DNA of 64,000 bases from an uncultured Acidimicrobiia bacterium (GCA_963786955.1 CAWBAT010000005.1:1399759-1463758); one strand, 5' to 3'. Shown: positions 27,008 through 39,574, numbered from the stretch's first letter. The notes: a model not told the origin generated them from the sequence alone. Numbers and translations: made by a program.

Positions 27008-27963
27008 TTGATGCGGGAAATCGAGGACCTGGAAAAATTCCTTGCTCAACACCGTCCTGAATGGTCAGTCGTCCGCTGGATTAATGTCGCTGGTTTGTCG
27101 GACATGACAGTCGTTCACGCTTTGGCTACCAAGTATGAATTTCACCCCCTGGCCATCGAGGATCTTCTCCAGGTGACACAACGGCCGAAAGTCGAGCGAT
27201 ATGGGGGTGATGACAGTGAGATGCGGGCTCGATCGTTCGTCATCGTCCGGATGGTGCAAATCAAGGAAGAGCGCCTGCACAGCGAACATATCTCACTGTT
27301 CCTCGGCCACAAGACCGTCTTGATGTTCCAGGAAAGGCAAGGAGATGTTTGGGATGCGATTCGACAGCGCCTGAACGTCAAGGGTTCCTGCCTGCGGAAG
27401 AATGACGCCAGATTCCTGATGTATTCACTGACTGGACGCTATTGTCGACCACTGCTTCTCGATTCTGGAAGACGATGGCGAACGCTTGGAGGAGCTCGAA
27501 AACCTCGTACTTGACCGATCGCTGCGCAATCTTATCGAAGAAATTCATCGTATGAAGCGCGAGCTGCTGCGGCTGCGCCGGGGGGCATGGCCCATGCGGG
27601 AAGTGGTCTCGACGCTGCAACGCGAGCCGCATGAGTGCATGAGCAGCGACACTCACGTTTATCTGCGCGATCTTTACGATCATGTCGCGCAGATCATCGA
27701 CATCATCGAAACTTATCGCGAAATGGGCACCGGATGGACCGAGAACCTACATGCCTGCTGCCTCCAATCGCATGAACGAGGTCATCAAGGCGTCGACGAT
27801 CATGGGCACCATCTTCATTCCTCTCACCTTCCTGGCTGGGATTTACGGTATGAATTTCGCTGACATTCCCGAACTCAAATGGCACTGGGGCTATCCAGCC
27901 TTCTGGGCCGTCTGCGTCACATTGTCTGGTGTGATGTTGGCGCTGTTCAAGCGTCGTGGATAG
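27008..27963 (+). pseudogene. corA: CorA-family Mg2+/Co2+ transporter broken into 3 frames
   Basis: Fragments 27008-27514, 27486-27863 and 27682-27963. The GMN signature YGMNF and two C-terminal TM helices are present. The shifts are an extra A at ~27431 (YSL/LDAIVDHCFSILED) and one at ~27740. Upstream in frame there is a TGA at 26972-26974 inside what looks like the decayed N-terminus. Confidence 0.7.
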
Positions 27964-28079
27964 CTTTGATCCTAAAGATTTCAAGATTTCATCAGCACCT
28001 CGACTGAGTTATGATTTCCGCGTTCTCCCTTCCTGTGATTAGATAGAGTACCGTAACGCGAGCAGAATGACAGGACCCC

Positions 28080-30939
28080 ATGACTCGATCCTTACAAGCT
28101 TCTGATACTATGAATCTTAAGATAAAACACTTTGTCCTCTACTCTGTTTACCTCACTTTATTTTTTGCCCCTTCGGCAAATTCGCAAGACTCAGGGTATC
28201 CGGTGCAGTTACCTACAGGGAAGGTTCTCGTTGGGGCCCCCGCCGGCGTCTTTATTTCGGATCTTAACGCATTTCCAATCAACTCGACGAGTAGCCTGGA
28301 CGGACGGTACGTGGCTTTCTTAAATAACGGCTATGGCCATGCGGCCTCAGGTTTTCACAAATCCGTAGCCATATATGATCGAGTAACTGGCCACGTTGCT
28401 GACTTCACAGACCCAGGTACCGGCCTTCTTTTCGATGGTCCTGCGGACATCACGACTCCCTTCTACGGAATTGCCTTTAGCTCAACTGGACAAAGGCTGT
28501 ATGTGTCGGTCGCCTCGACCAAGGACGACGAGACGTTGGGGAACCGTACCCAGAATGGTATCCGAATTTACAACGTTCGAGAGCGGGCACTCGACCCAGC
28601 GGGCGTGATTCAAATCACTCCCTCAGATGTGCCTCTGCCCACAGGTCTCAAGCTTAACAATCCAGCTCCTACTCCATCCGGCATTTGTGTCCGGCCGGAT
28701 CCTGAAAATCCAGGCGAGGACTTGGTTTATGCTGCCTTGACTTTAAGTGATGTGGCGGTTGAATTGAGCACCAAAACGGGAAGGGTGAGGCGCCGCTTCA
28801 ATCTGCACACCCGTTCCGATCGTCCTGCTCTGCCGTCGGAATATCCTTACGCAACCGCAGTGACTCAGGACGGCAAGACTCTTTATGTGATCTCTATAAT
28901 GGATCTGCAATAGCGGTAGTGGACCTGATCACAGGGCAGGTGATTTCCTTGCCCGTCGGAATTCAGCAAATAGGGCCCTCCTCGCCCAGCAGCCACCCCA
29001 GCCACTTGGCATTGCACCCATCTGGCAGAGCCGTCTATGTCGCCGTGGAAAACAGCGACCTGGTCTGCATCATCGACAACAACCCAGCTTCTCCTACTTA
29101 CCGCACGGTGACCGGGAACCTGGATATCCGGCCTCAAGAAATGCGTCGATTGAAACTGCTAGGAGCGGGGCCTAACCACTTGAGCTTTACTCCGGATGGC
29201 AAAACGCTCTTTGTGTCATTGGGATTGCTCAATGCAATCGCTGTGGTTGACTTGAAATGGGACAGCCCTTCCGTTTTTGACCCCGTGGTGAAAGGCTATC
29301 TGCCGACGCTTTGGTATCCCCACACCACGGAAGTGAGCCGCGACGGAAAAACGCTTTACATGACTAGTGGTAAAGGCAAAGGGACGGGACCCAATCGGCC
29401 GAATCGTCCTTACCCAGCAGGTCAGCGACCCGGCGCCTACGGGCCAACTTTGCTGAAGGGATCGCTGACCAGATTAGCCTCACCGAAATCCAAAACAACC
29501 TCGACGCTTTCAGTCAATCCGTGAAAAGCAACAATCAAATTGATGAGGCGTCTCTCAGAGCAGCTCAAAAGGCCATTGATTTTAATCCAATCCGGCATGT
29601 GATCTACGTCATTAAGGAAAACCGGACTTATGACCAGGTCTTTGGCGATCTGAAAGGCACAATTTCCGACGAGACTTGCTTGTATTTTGGAGAATCGTTT
29701 ACTCCCAATCATCACAAACTGGCGCGCGAATTCGGTATCCTGGATAATTTTTTTGATAGCGCCGAAGTCAGCTTCAACGGTCACACCTGGACGACAGCAG
29801 GAATTAACAGCGGCTGGAATGAACAACAGTGGCAAATTAACTATTCGACCAAGAACTTCACCTATGACTCGGAGGGCCGAAACAATGACTCTCTGCCGAT
29901 CCTGCATAACCAGGCTGACGTGGACTCGCCCCAGGGAGGTTATATCTGGGACACGGTGACCGCAGCCCGAAAAACCATCGGCATTTACGGGGAGTATTGC
30001 GAAAACCCGCCGCAACCCTTGAAATGGCTCGAAAAAGGCGATCCACTCCCCTCATACCTGGTCCACCCAGGAATAGGAAAGGATAGCCCGTTTCCCTGGC
30101 GTGTGCCACTGTTTGCCGAGCTCGATCCCAACGGAATCGTGAAGGGTGGCACTGTTCCGACCAAGGGGGTGTTTCAGGGTTCTTTTCAACCTCTCTATCC
30201 CGATTTTGACCTCCTCTTTCCTGACATACTGCGCTTCATGATTTGGAAGCGAGACTTTGACCGGATCGCAAAAAGACAAAAGCAGACGGGTGAAGACGCG
30301 CTCCCAGCCTTCAGCATTGTTCGTCTTGGCAACGACCATACTCGCGGAGTTGCTCCCGGGGGACCCACTCCCGATGCCAGCGTGGCAGATAACGACCTGG
30401 CATTGGGCTGGCTCGCAGAAACCATTTCCGGTAATCCCTATTACTGGAGCAACACTGCTATTGTGGCTTTGGAAGACGATGCCCAATCCGGATGCGACCA
30501 CGTCGATTCCCACCGGAGCATCGCTCTGTTTATCAGCAAATACAACAAAGGTTCTCGGCAAACCCAAAGTGTGGATTCCCGCTTTTTAACGACCGCGAGC
30601 GCCGTGCGCACAATTGAGGCGTTACTCGGGCTTTCCTCCAGCAACGTAATGACTGCTACCTCTCCGTTGCTTTTCTCAGAACTGCAGAAAGACCCCTCTC
30701 TCTGGCACGGACCGTACAAGGCAGATGTTACTAACCTTGAAAATGGTCTCATTTTTCAGGAAGCCACTGGCAAGATTCGCCAAAATCCCGGTTTGCAGGA
30801 GTTGGCAGCTTTGACGGCTTCACTCGACATGGAGGAGGCCGATCAGGCCGACGCTGAAAAGCTGAACTATATCCTGGAACAATGGGTACGTTTACAGGGC
30901 CGCCTGAGCTGCTGCGGCCCTGGAATTCAGCCAAAGTGA
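28080..30939 (+). pseudogene. YncE-like beta-propeller fused to a phosphoesterase-family (PlcN/AcpA-type) domain, broken into 3 frames
   Basis: Signal peptide and repeated ...DGKTLYV..N...AVVDL blades. The C-terminal part begins IRHVIYVIKENRTYDQVFGDL (phosphoesterase family signature). Shifts lie near 28893 (YNGSAIAVVDLITGQV continues in another frame) and near 29455. Confidence 0.65.
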
Positions 30940-31894
30940 TGACTTCCAACAGAAGGTGACGATTGGGCAGGAATCGGACACCGAGAGATCCGAAATGAAC
31001 CGAGTCATCGGCGAAAGCACTCTGCGAATCACTGCGATGAGTGGCGATTCTCCGCTTCCACCTGCGCGATGCTTTTTTCCGAGAAGATCCCCGATATCGT
31101 CAACCTTCTCATCGAGCAGATTCAACTTGTGTGCCATGCCTTGAATCTCAGACTCCGCGCGGCGGTTGACTTCGAAATCCAGCTCGCTGCGCAGACGATC
31201 CTTGGTGTCCTGACGGTTCTGGCTCATCATGATGATTGGCGCCTGGATGGGCGAGCATCGAGAGAAAAAGGTTGAGCAGGATAAAAGGATACGGATCCCA
31301 GGCCGACTGGCGCAAGATCACATTGATCCCCGAGTAGACGATCAGGACAATGCCAAACAAGATAATGAAGGTCCAGGATCCTCCAAATCGGGCAACCGAG
31401 TCGGCGATGTGTTCACCGGTTGTCGCGTGCTCCTCGATGACCTCGTTGGGGTTGCGCATCGAGCGCACGCGCACGAGTTGCTGGGAGGCATGGAATTGGC
31501 GGCCAAGCACAGTCATCATATCGATCCCCGCGTGCGGTTTACTCTGCAGCAAGGCGGTGATGTCATGCCTGTCCACTTCAATGCAGACGGTTTCTTCGAG
31601 CGCAATCGCATTGGTCTGATGAGGTGTCTGATCGAGCATTGAAGCAAATCCGAAGAACTCTCCATGCGCGGGCTCATCAACGATTACCTCCTGGTGATCT
31701 TCGTCTACCGTGGTCACCCGAACTCTCCCGGATACCATCACATAGGCTGGTCCTGGCAAGTCGCCGATCTTGTAGATGCGCTCACGCAAGGTGAAACGTT
31801 TGAGCTCGACTTGTCCGGCCAAAACAGCCATTTCTTCATCGTCCAGCAGGGCAAAGAGTGGGACATGTTTGAGTACTTCTGGGTCGCATACCAT
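30892..31894 (-). pseudogene. Cyclic-nucleotide-binding domain + DUF1003 membrane protein with one frameshift near 31250
   Basis: cNMP-binding pattern FGFASML...A. DUF1003 signature WDPYPFILLNLFLSMLA, then the shifted frame continues AIQAPIIMMSQNRQDTKDR (ORF 30892-31230). Confidence 0.6.
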
Positions 31895-31964
31895 TGGTCA
31901 ATTCCTCCTTTGACGTGGGTCGTCTCCGACCTGTTCTGGGCATTGTATGAATAAGGGAACGGTA

Positions 31965-32814
31965 TCAATGGAACTCTGACCGCCGAAAAACAGCAGGGAA
32001 ATCGACAGAGAATCCAATCTGGGCCCCGATCCGAGGGCTGGCAATAAACCTCCCGCCGAGCAAACCGAAATCAAGAGTCAGCCCTTTCCGGACTGCATAC
32101 ATACCGCCGACGAGTATCTGGAATTGACTCCTGCTCAGTCCAGGGTTGTTCGTGAATCCGCCGTAGAGTTCGGCGCCCAGGGTCCACTTGGAGTTGAAGT
32201 CGCGTAGAAGTGAAAGGCCTCCGGCGTAGACCATACCGCGCACGGAGTGAATTCCCGGTCACCGGTGCTGGTATCGCCGGCAAACACAATGCCTGCGTTC
32301 ACAGTGAGCCTGTTTTTTCCAGAAAGGTGCTTTTGTGCGATGAAATTGAACCAGTAGTCTATCTCCCCGGAGCCCAACTGCTGGTACTTATCTCCAGTTG
32401 GAAACTCAACGTAAAAGGTCACGCCCATTGCCGGAACACGGGAAGCATCGGACTCCTTTCTGAAGTTCCACTTCATTCCGAGGTTGGTATCGCCGATCCC
32501 AGCGGAAGTCTGGGGCAACCTTCCCAGAGCGCGAAAGATCGAAAGATACGGATAGTCTACGTCTATTTCCAAATTGTAAGGCAGGCCATAGTTCAGTTTA
32601 AAGTTTGTGGTGTCTGCCTGAGACTCGGGTATTGACCATGGTGGAGAGCGTCAAATTCATTGAAGAATTCAAAGTGATACGTTCCTCGTTCGGTGACCGC
32701 GGGGTCGTCCGTGTAGAAAGGCAGTTGAGCCGGCAGAGGCGCGGCGAAGAGAGCAAAGTGCAAGATAGGCAAAATGAAGCATGGTCGCAGCAATTGATTT
32801 CTTAGAAGTTTCAC
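31965..32814 (-). pseudogene. Outer-membrane beta-barrel of the MetA-pathway/transporter family, broken into 3 frames
   Basis: Signal peptide (32814 end), GIGDTNLGMKWNF and EFPTGD motifs, and C-terminal beta-strand pattern. Frame indices go 0>1>2. Confidence 0.5.
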
Positions 32815-32891
32815 ATTTGAAAGAAGTGTTTGGGCGACACCCTGCTCGAGGTCATTCTGCGGGTGTAGGTTGGCTGAGGGCGCTCCTATTT

Positions 32892-33239
32892 CTACTGGAA
32901 GGTGTTAACGTGATTCCTTGTTCCTCTATCGTGAGATCGACCACGGTAGAGCAACAAATTTGAAATCGTCGCGATGGCTGCACCGGTAACAAACACCCAT
33001 GTAATCGGTCGCAAGCCGATTTTGAAAAGGGCCGTGATGGTACCAACAGAAAATGATATCTGGAGCAGGCCCAGAAACAGTCGCAGCCAGCCCCAAATCA
33101 GCAAATGGCTGGCCTCCTCCGTGAGCCCGAGGATCTTTCCCGCATCACCTCTCCGGATTGCTCCTTCGTCCTTTTCATTGAATTCTTGACTCACTGATGA
33201 GTTTCCCAGAAAAGTTCCCACATGTTTCCGATCAGACAA
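32892..33239 (-). CDS. Hypothetical small membrane protein
   Basis: 115-aa ORF with two hydrophobic helices. No family recognised. Confidence 0.3.
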   Translation of the reverse strand: MSDRKHVGTFLGNSSVSQEFNEKDEGAIRRGDAGKILGLTEEASHLLIWGWLRLFLGLLQISFSVGTITALFKIGLRPITWVFVTGAAIATISNLLLYRGRSHDRGTRNHVNTFQ

Positions 33240-33352
33240 TGGAGATCATGAGCAGAGCGTCCCAACTCTTGCCTCTGGCTGTGGTTGTACTTCGAGCTAC
33301 TGCAGAGGAGAAAGTTTGACCACTGCAAGAGAAACCTTCTTCACACTCACGG

Positions 33353-34459
33353 CTATTCTGCTGGCGTGATGGTGCTGAGGGCTGCCAACGCCTTCGTAGT
33401 AACATTTGGCGGTAAAGGAACGTAATTGAGTTTGGGAGCCTCGTTTTGGCCGTCCACTAAGCACCACCGGAACAGCTCCCGGATCGTCTTTGCTTTTTCG
33501 GCGTCGTCATAATTCTTATGGGAGAGGATCCAAGTCAAAGTGACGATCGGATAGGAATCATGACCCGCTGGATCTGGGATGAACAGACGCAGATTTTCAG
33601 GCAGTTCTGTCTCCGCGAGCGCGGCCGTGCAGCTCTGTTCGGTCGGCTTGACGAAGTTTCCCTGCTTATTCTCCAGGAGTGCCATTTGTAGACCAAGCTT
33701 GCCAGCGAACTCATAACCAACATAGCCGATTGAGCCAATCGAGTGCTGGATAAGGCCGCGACGCCCTCATTGCCGGAGGCTCGCATCACCAAGCCAGGCC
33801 AGTTCACCAGAGTTGCCGGGCCGTGCTGGTCACGCGATTTTTCGCTGATTGCATCGAGGTGCTTCGTGAACGCATAGGTCGTGCCGCTTTTGTCCTGTCG
33901 CACCACGGCAACAATGGTGAGTTTAGGAAGCTTTATGTTTGGGTTTGTCTTAGCGATCAACGGGTCGTTCCAATCTTTGATCTCCCCGAGAAAGATTCCG
34001 GCATAGGCCTTACGCGAGAGCTTCAGCTCTCCCCAAGTCAGGGAGGTTATAAGCGAGTACTACACTGCCGGCGGTTACAGGTAGCAAGAGTGCTCCCCCA
34101 GGAACCTGAGAGATCATCTCGTCACTCATGGCCGCATCGCTTGCCCCAAAGTCTACTTTATCTTCATCTTTAACACTCTTTCCAATAAACCGCCGTACGC
34201 CTTCTCCACTGCCGACGCTGTCGTAGCTGATGACCGTTTTGGGGTGATTGCTCTGGTAGGTCGCAAACCAGTGTTTGTAGAGCAAGGAAGGAAAAGTCGC
34301 TCCCGCTCCCTTCACCAGAACACTACCTGCTGGTGCCGTGGAGTCGGCCTTTCCTTGATCCAGCCCTGAACAGGAACTTAGCGTCCACAAAAGAGCAGCC
34401 GTCACTAGCAAAGGCACTGCACGTGTCAAAACCAAGGGGTTCTCTCTAACTGAATGCAT
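33353..34459 (-). pseudogene. pstS: PstS-family phosphate-binding protein (pstS'), broken into 3 frames
   Basis: Fragments 34010-34459, 33535-33960 and 33353-33685. About 55% identical along its length to the intact PstS at 37508-38611 (GAGATFPSLLY, DFGASDAAM, SGTTYAFTKHL, YPIVTLTWIL). Confidence 0.75.
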
Positions 34460-34599
34460 CGTACTTCCCTCTTTTCAATGAGTATGGCTGCCGCCCCCAC
34501 CTCTACATTCAATGACAGCGGCTGTCAGCGAGTTAATCCAGGGCATAACGCTAAGCCGAACATTAGAGCGTAGTGGACTTGCATTTGAAGCGGTCTCTT

Positions 34600-35494
34600 C
34601 TAACTGAATTCTCCGCTGATGTAATCCTTAGTGTGCTTTTCCTTGGGATTCTGAAAGACTTGCTTAGAATCGCCGAACTCTACAAGTAGCCGGTGCGCCC
34701 ACCCTCGGCAGTGTCTACGTACAGGAAACCGGTTTTGTCGGCCACGCGCTGTGCCTGCTGCAGGTTGTGGGTTACGATCGCGATGGTGTAACGTTTTTTA
34801 AGTTCGAGCATTAGCTCCTCGATCTTGCGGGTAGCGATAGGATCCAGTGCAGAACAGGGCTCGTCCATAAGCAAAACTTCGGGGTCTGTGGCGATGGCCC
34901 TAGCGATGCAGAGGCGCTGTTGCTGCCCACCGGAGAGCGAGAGCCCGCTCTTGTGGAGTTTGTCTTTTACTTCATCCCAGAGTGCAGCGCGCTTCAATGC
35001 CTCTTCGACTTTCTTCGGGATGTCTCCTTTATAGCGGTTCAAACGAAGCCAAAGGCGACATTATTGTAGATACTGGTGGCGAAGGGGTTAGGCTGTTGGA
35101 AGACCATGCCGATAAAACGCCGAACGGCGACAGCATCTACGGAAGTATGATAGATATCTTTACCCCGGAAGCGCACATGGCCTTTGAATCGAAAGCCGCG
35201 CACAAGGTCGTTCATCCGGTTCAGGCAACGGAGCACCGTGCTCTTGCCACACCCGGAGGGTCCGATGAAAGCCGTAATGGAGTTCTTCTTGATGGGAATG
35301 GTCGTGTCACGAACGGCTTTAAAAGTCCCGTAGTGAAGTTCTTTGATGTGACAGTCAATAACAGTATCCCCGGGATCTGGCGCTGTCAGAATTTTACTCG
35401 TGCCGGTCCTGTCTTTACCCATATTCGTTGCACTGGTCATCATATCAACACTCCTATTCACGGATCTGTTTGCGGGACAGACTCTGCCCCGCAA
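34600..35494 (-). pseudogene. pstB: PstB ATPase (pstB'), at least 2 frameshifts
   Basis: Walker [24 protein letters not shown] and Walker B LLMDEP are split between ORFs 35039-35494 and 34680-35042. The C-terminal [27 protein letters not shown] lies in a third frame ending at 34600. Confidence 0.75.
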
Positions 35495-36406
35495 GATTAG
35501 TCACTAACACCAGCAACACCAGAACCAACGCCGCTGCCCAAGCGAGTTCAACTTGATTCTCAAAAGGCATACCTGCAAAGTTGTAGATCAGCACAGCCAG
35601 AGAGGCCGTCGGCTGCATGAGGTTTACGTGGCCACGCGAAGCGATCCAGTAATTGCTGAAAAGCGCGGTGAAGAGCAAAAGGGCCGTTTCCCAGCCGCGC
35701 GGGCCACGGCTAGCATGACGCCAGTCAAAATCCCCGGAAGCGCCGTCGGAAGCAAAACCATCCAGACCGCCTGAGTATTGGTCGCTCCCATGCCGATTGC
35801 TGCCTCCCGCATTCTCGCCTGCACCATGCGGATGGCGTCTTCTGCCGTCAGGATAATTGTCGGCAGCATCAGAATGGACAAAGCGGCCCCTCCTGCAAAT
35901 GCCGAGAAACCACCTGTGAGAAGAACCAGGACGCCATATGCAAAGACCCCGGCCAGGATCGACGGGAAACCCGTCATGACTTTGGCGGCAAACCGGACCG
36001 AGTAGCCAAACGGCTCTCTTTCTCGGCCTGCGCCAGAAATATGGCGCTGAAGATGCCAATCGGCACCTATTATGGTTGCGAGGGCAACCATAATCAGTGT
36101 GCCGACGATGGCGTTCCCGAACCCGCCCCCAAGCTCTAGCGGTGCTGGCGGCAGCTGTGTAAAGAGGGAGAGGCTCAGTTTCCGTCCGCCTCGCCATAAG
36201 AGCATCCCAACTACCGAGAATAGCGGGATCAAAGCAAGGAGGGTCATCCCAGCGACTAGCCAAGTCATCATGAAACTGAACAGGGTTCGGGGACGCCGCA
36301 GAGACCTCTCCAGCTCTGGGAAATCTACATCGGTGAGCGGCCCATAATCCGGCTCAGTAGGCTGCGTCATGAGCAGTTGCTCTGTGGTGACATCGTGCCG
36401 GGCCAT
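35454..36406 (-). pseudogene. pstA: PstA permease (pstA'), at least 3 frameshifts (two compensating)
   Basis: The N-terminal and central part is in ORF 35624-36406, and the C-terminal ETALLLFTALFSNYW... is in ORF 35454-36263. The internal stretch IGADWHLQRHISGAGREREPFGY reads as IGIFSAIFLAQAEKESRLA in another frame. Confidence 0.7.
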
Positions 36407-37420
36407 TATTTGCCTCCCTCCAGGCTTGCTGATGCTCGCTGAAGAATGACCGCCCCAAACACGTTGGTTAATAGCGTAATCGCCAGAAGAACTAATGCGG
36501 CATACATCAGGACGCTGACTTCTTTCGCAGGGGCTTCGGGGAAATTATTGGCCAACAAGGCTGCAAGCGTATTTGCAGGGGAGAATAACGAAACCTTGAT
36601 CTGATTGGCATTTCCCACCAACATGGCAAGAGCCATGGTCTCTCCCAAAGCCCGACCGAAAGCTAGGACTACCGCCCCAAAAATTCCCCTCAATGCCGTC
36701 GGTAAGATCACAGCCAAAATGGTCTCCCATTGTGTGGCGCCCAGGCCATAAGCTGCCATCCGAAGCTTTGAGGGTACCGACACAAGGGCATCACGGCTGA
36801 TGGCAGTGATGGTGGAAAATCAGACTAGACAAAACCAAAGCTGCCGGGAGCATCCCTGGACCGCTTAATGTTGTCCCAAAAAACGGAATCCAGCCCAGTT
36901 TCAGATGAAGCCAATTGCAGGCTGGACGAACAAGCGGGATCACCACGAACAGACCCCACAACCCGTAGACGACGCTCGGGATTGCAGCCAGCAACTCGAT
37001 CAGGTTTTTCAGCAACTGCTCCAGACGATCCGGAAGCGTTCCCCACACCGGATGGAAATGGACGCGAAAAACCCTTAAAATCCGAAATACAAACGAGGCC
37101 AGGTAGCCTTCGCTTAGAAATATTGCAGCCGTCAGTCGAAACCGGTGCCAATGAAAAGGCCAACACCGAGCTATGCGGGGTCCCCCAGATTTCGGTAGGA
37201 TTCCGAATCTGCCCTGCTTAGGATCCCAAGTGGTTCCGGTTAGAAATCCCAGTCCCTCCTGCCGCAACGCGGGCAGCGCAGCCGTGGCGATCCTCAAGAC
37301 GATGAACGTAATCAAGAGAACAAACAGCCACGCAAGTCCGTAGCACAGCCTGCGAAATACGGTATCCGTTACACTTTGAGATTGAGTCGGAGGTTGGCAA
37401 ATCTGGTCATGTTCCGGCAA
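36406..37420 (-). pseudogene. pstC: PstC permease (pstC'), at least 3 frameshifts
   Basis: ELLAAIPSVVYGLWG and C-terminal SVPSKLRMAAYGLGATQWETI lie in different frames. The shift at ~36800 sits in a short C run, and a compensating pair lies around 37130-37190. Confidence 0.7.
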
Positions 37421-37507
37421 AGCGACACCTCCTTCACCTGTTTTTTTACGAGGCTCCTACCCTGGTTTTCCTCGATAATGTCCGGCCGTCCCATCTTTTT
37501 TCCGGAG

Positions 37508-38611
37508 CTAACTTGCATTCGGCGCCAACTTAATGGATCGCACGGCAGCACTGACCTTTTCAACTACGGCTGGTGGCAAAGGGAGGTAGCCGAGAGACTC
37601 TGACTCCTTCTGACCATCGGTAAGACAGTACTGAAGGACATCTTGAAGAATTTCGAACTTCTTTTTATCTTGGTACTGCTTGTAGCAAAGCAGCCAGGTA
37701 TAAGTGACGATAGGGTACGCGTCCTTGGCCTCAGGGTCGGAAGCCCAAACAATTAGATCTTCAGGCATCGGTGCGGAGGCAAGGGCCGCTTGACCAGACT
37801 CTGGCGTTGCCGAAACGTAGTTTCCCGATTTGTTCTCTAGAATAGCCATAGGCACATTCTGGCTCTTGGCATATCCGTATTCGATGTACCCGATCGAGTT
37901 CGGAGTCGTCTTGATACTGGCGGTCACACCTTCATTACCCTTAGAGCGTGTCCCCACCGCCCAATTGGGCATCTTGTTTGTGCCCGGGTTCTTTGCAAAT
38001 TCGTCACTGATGGTGCTGAGATGCTTGCTGAAGACGTAAGTCGTTCCACTGCTATCGGCTCGCACGACTACGTTAATAGGCTCGTCGGGAAGCTTAGCCC
38101 CGGGGTTCGCCTGAGCGATGAGAGGATCATTCCATTTCTTAACTTTGCCCAAGAAGATTCCTGCGTAGGCCTTCCGCGACAATTTCAAATCAGTGACCCC
38201 TTCGACAGTATAAACCAGCACGATGCTGCCGGCGGTCATGGGCAGGCACTGTACTCCCACATCAACTTTGGCAATCTCTTCGGGTGACATGGCTGCGTCG
38301 CTGGCGCCGAAGTCGACGGTCTTGTCAATGACACCCTTAACGCCGGCACCGCTGCCGACCGACTGGTAGTCGATCTGTACATTCTCATGCTTGCTACCAT
38401 AGGACTTAAACCACTTCGAATAAAGCGGTGCCGGGAAGCTCGCCCCCGCCCCTTGCAGCTTGACGAGATCCGCAACTCCCTTTTCCTTGCTATCGCCACA
38501 TGCGATGCCGAGGGCAGCAATCATTACCAGCAATGCAAGCCAACAAGCCTGATTCTTCTTCATACCAAGTCTCCTTTCACTCAAATCCTTTAATGAATGT
38601 TCGCCAGCCAA
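37508..38611 (-). CDS. pstS: Phosphate ABC transporter substrate-binding lipoprotein PstS (intact)
   Basis: Uninterrupted 367-aa ORF. The probable start is MKKNQ at 38563, with lipobox LGIAC. PstS motifs GAGASFPAPLY, DFGASDAAM and SGTTYVFSKHL. Confidence 0.85.
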   Translation of the reverse strand: MAGEHSLKDLSERRLGMKKNQACWLALLVMIAALGIACGDSKEKGVADLVKLQGAGASFPAPLYSKWFKSYGSKHENVQIDYQSVGSGAGVKGVIDKTVDFGASDAAMSPEEIAKVDVGVQCLPMTAGSIVLVYTVEGVTDLKLSRKAYAGIFLGKVKKWNDPLIAQANPGAKLPDEPINVVVRADSSGTTYVFSKHLSTISDEFAKNPGTNKMPNWAVGTRSKGNEGVTASIKTTPNSIGYIEYGYAKSQNVPMAILENKSGNYVSATPESGQAALASAPMPEDLIVWASDPEAKDAYPIVTYTWLLCYKQYQDKKKFEILQDVLQYCLTDGQKESESLGYLPLPPAVVEKVSAAVRSIKLAPNAS

Positions 38612-38860
38612 GCGGATGACTCTTGATCGAACGGCGCTGGAAAAGGGTTCATCTCATACCCCTGAATTGAATTTCAGGGGATGATCAGACTCGTGGAGGA
38701 ATTGCCCTTTTCGTCGCCATCATCACCGTTGAGAAAATTCTCCTTCGCCTAAACTCGACCTTCGATCATCTGGTTGTTGAGATACGACAGATTGTCTGAG
38801 GTTGCGTCCCCTTTTCAGGGCACGGATTGCCTTTCGGAAAGCCTACAATGCCATAAGGCT

Positions 38861-38887
38861 ATGAAATTAATATTAACTCTGCGTGAA
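38861..38887 (-). promoter_or_regulatory. Candidate Pho box upstream of pstS (37508-38611)
   Basis: The minus strand reads TTCACGCAGAGTTAATATTAATTTCATAG, with half-sites at 38887, 38876 and 38865 (11-bp phasing). Confidence 0.45.
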
Positions 38888-38935
38888 ATCTTTTGTCCGA
38901 GGTGAGATGCAATGCAAAACGGAGATTCGAGGATG

Positions 38936-39283
38936 CTACTGTGCTTCCAGCAGTGCCTTTTTTGCGTCTTCAAAGTTATAGTAGATTGGGATAACGGCAA
39001 CGATCCCAGTCTTTGTGAGCACCAGCGCCACATTGGGTTGGGGATTGAGAAACACCATTTTCCCGTTGCGGAGCTTTAAGAATTTTGCAGTGTTGACCAA
39101 CGTACCAATCCCAATTGAAGCCATATAATCCACCTGGGAAAGATCCACCACCACAAACGACTTTTCTACCGCAGACGCCAATGCCAACTTCATTTCAACA
39201 TGTGAAGTCCCCTCAATATCCATTCGCCCAGAAAGATCAATCTTTTTGATACCATCATCGAGCATCTCTACTGCCATTTTCAT
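38936..39283 (-). CDS. STAS-domain anti-sigma-factor antagonist (SpoIIAA/RsbV-like)
   Basis: 115 aa. Pattern ...VVDLSQVDYMASIGIGTLV... with the candidate phospho-Ser in DYMASIG. Confidence 0.7.
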   Translation of the reverse strand: MKMAVEMLDDGIKKIDLSGRMDIEGTSHVEMKLALASAVEKSFVVVDLSQVDYMASIGIGTLVNTAKFLKLRNGKMVFLNPQPNVALVLTKTGIVAVIPIYYNFEDAKKALLEAQ

Positions 39284-39545
39284 GCAAACTCTCCCTTTCT
39301 CCAGGCACGAGGGGCCGGCGAATTAGTCAGAATATGAATGGCTCTGAAGTGCGAGAACTGCGATTCATGGCTGACTCAAGAGCTAGCATGGGAATTGCGA
39401 GGTCTGTTGGCCCGCTCGTTCGGTGCTTGTTCGGTGAGGCGCTCCATCGCTGAGTCAATACCTGTGCGATCTGATTCGTCGAAGGCATGCTATCTTCAAG
39501 AGTAAAGTAGGGTAGGTTTATTACTTTAGAATTGCGTTAGTAGTT

Positions 39546-39574
39546 TTAACAAATTTGTAATTGCAAAGTATAAT
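39546..39574 (+). promoter_or_regulatory. Near-consensus sigma-70-type promoter TTAACA-17 bp-TATAAT
   Basis: Read directly: ttaaca (39546-39551), 17-nt spacer, tataat (39569-39574). There is no annotated + strand gene downstream. It points antisense into 39719-40226. Confidence 0.3.

Noticed and set aside
27971-27995. TTCAAgatTTCAT upstream of the YncE/phosphoesterase gene as another Pho box
   Set aside because: The half-sites are 8 bp apart, not 11, and there is no third phased site.
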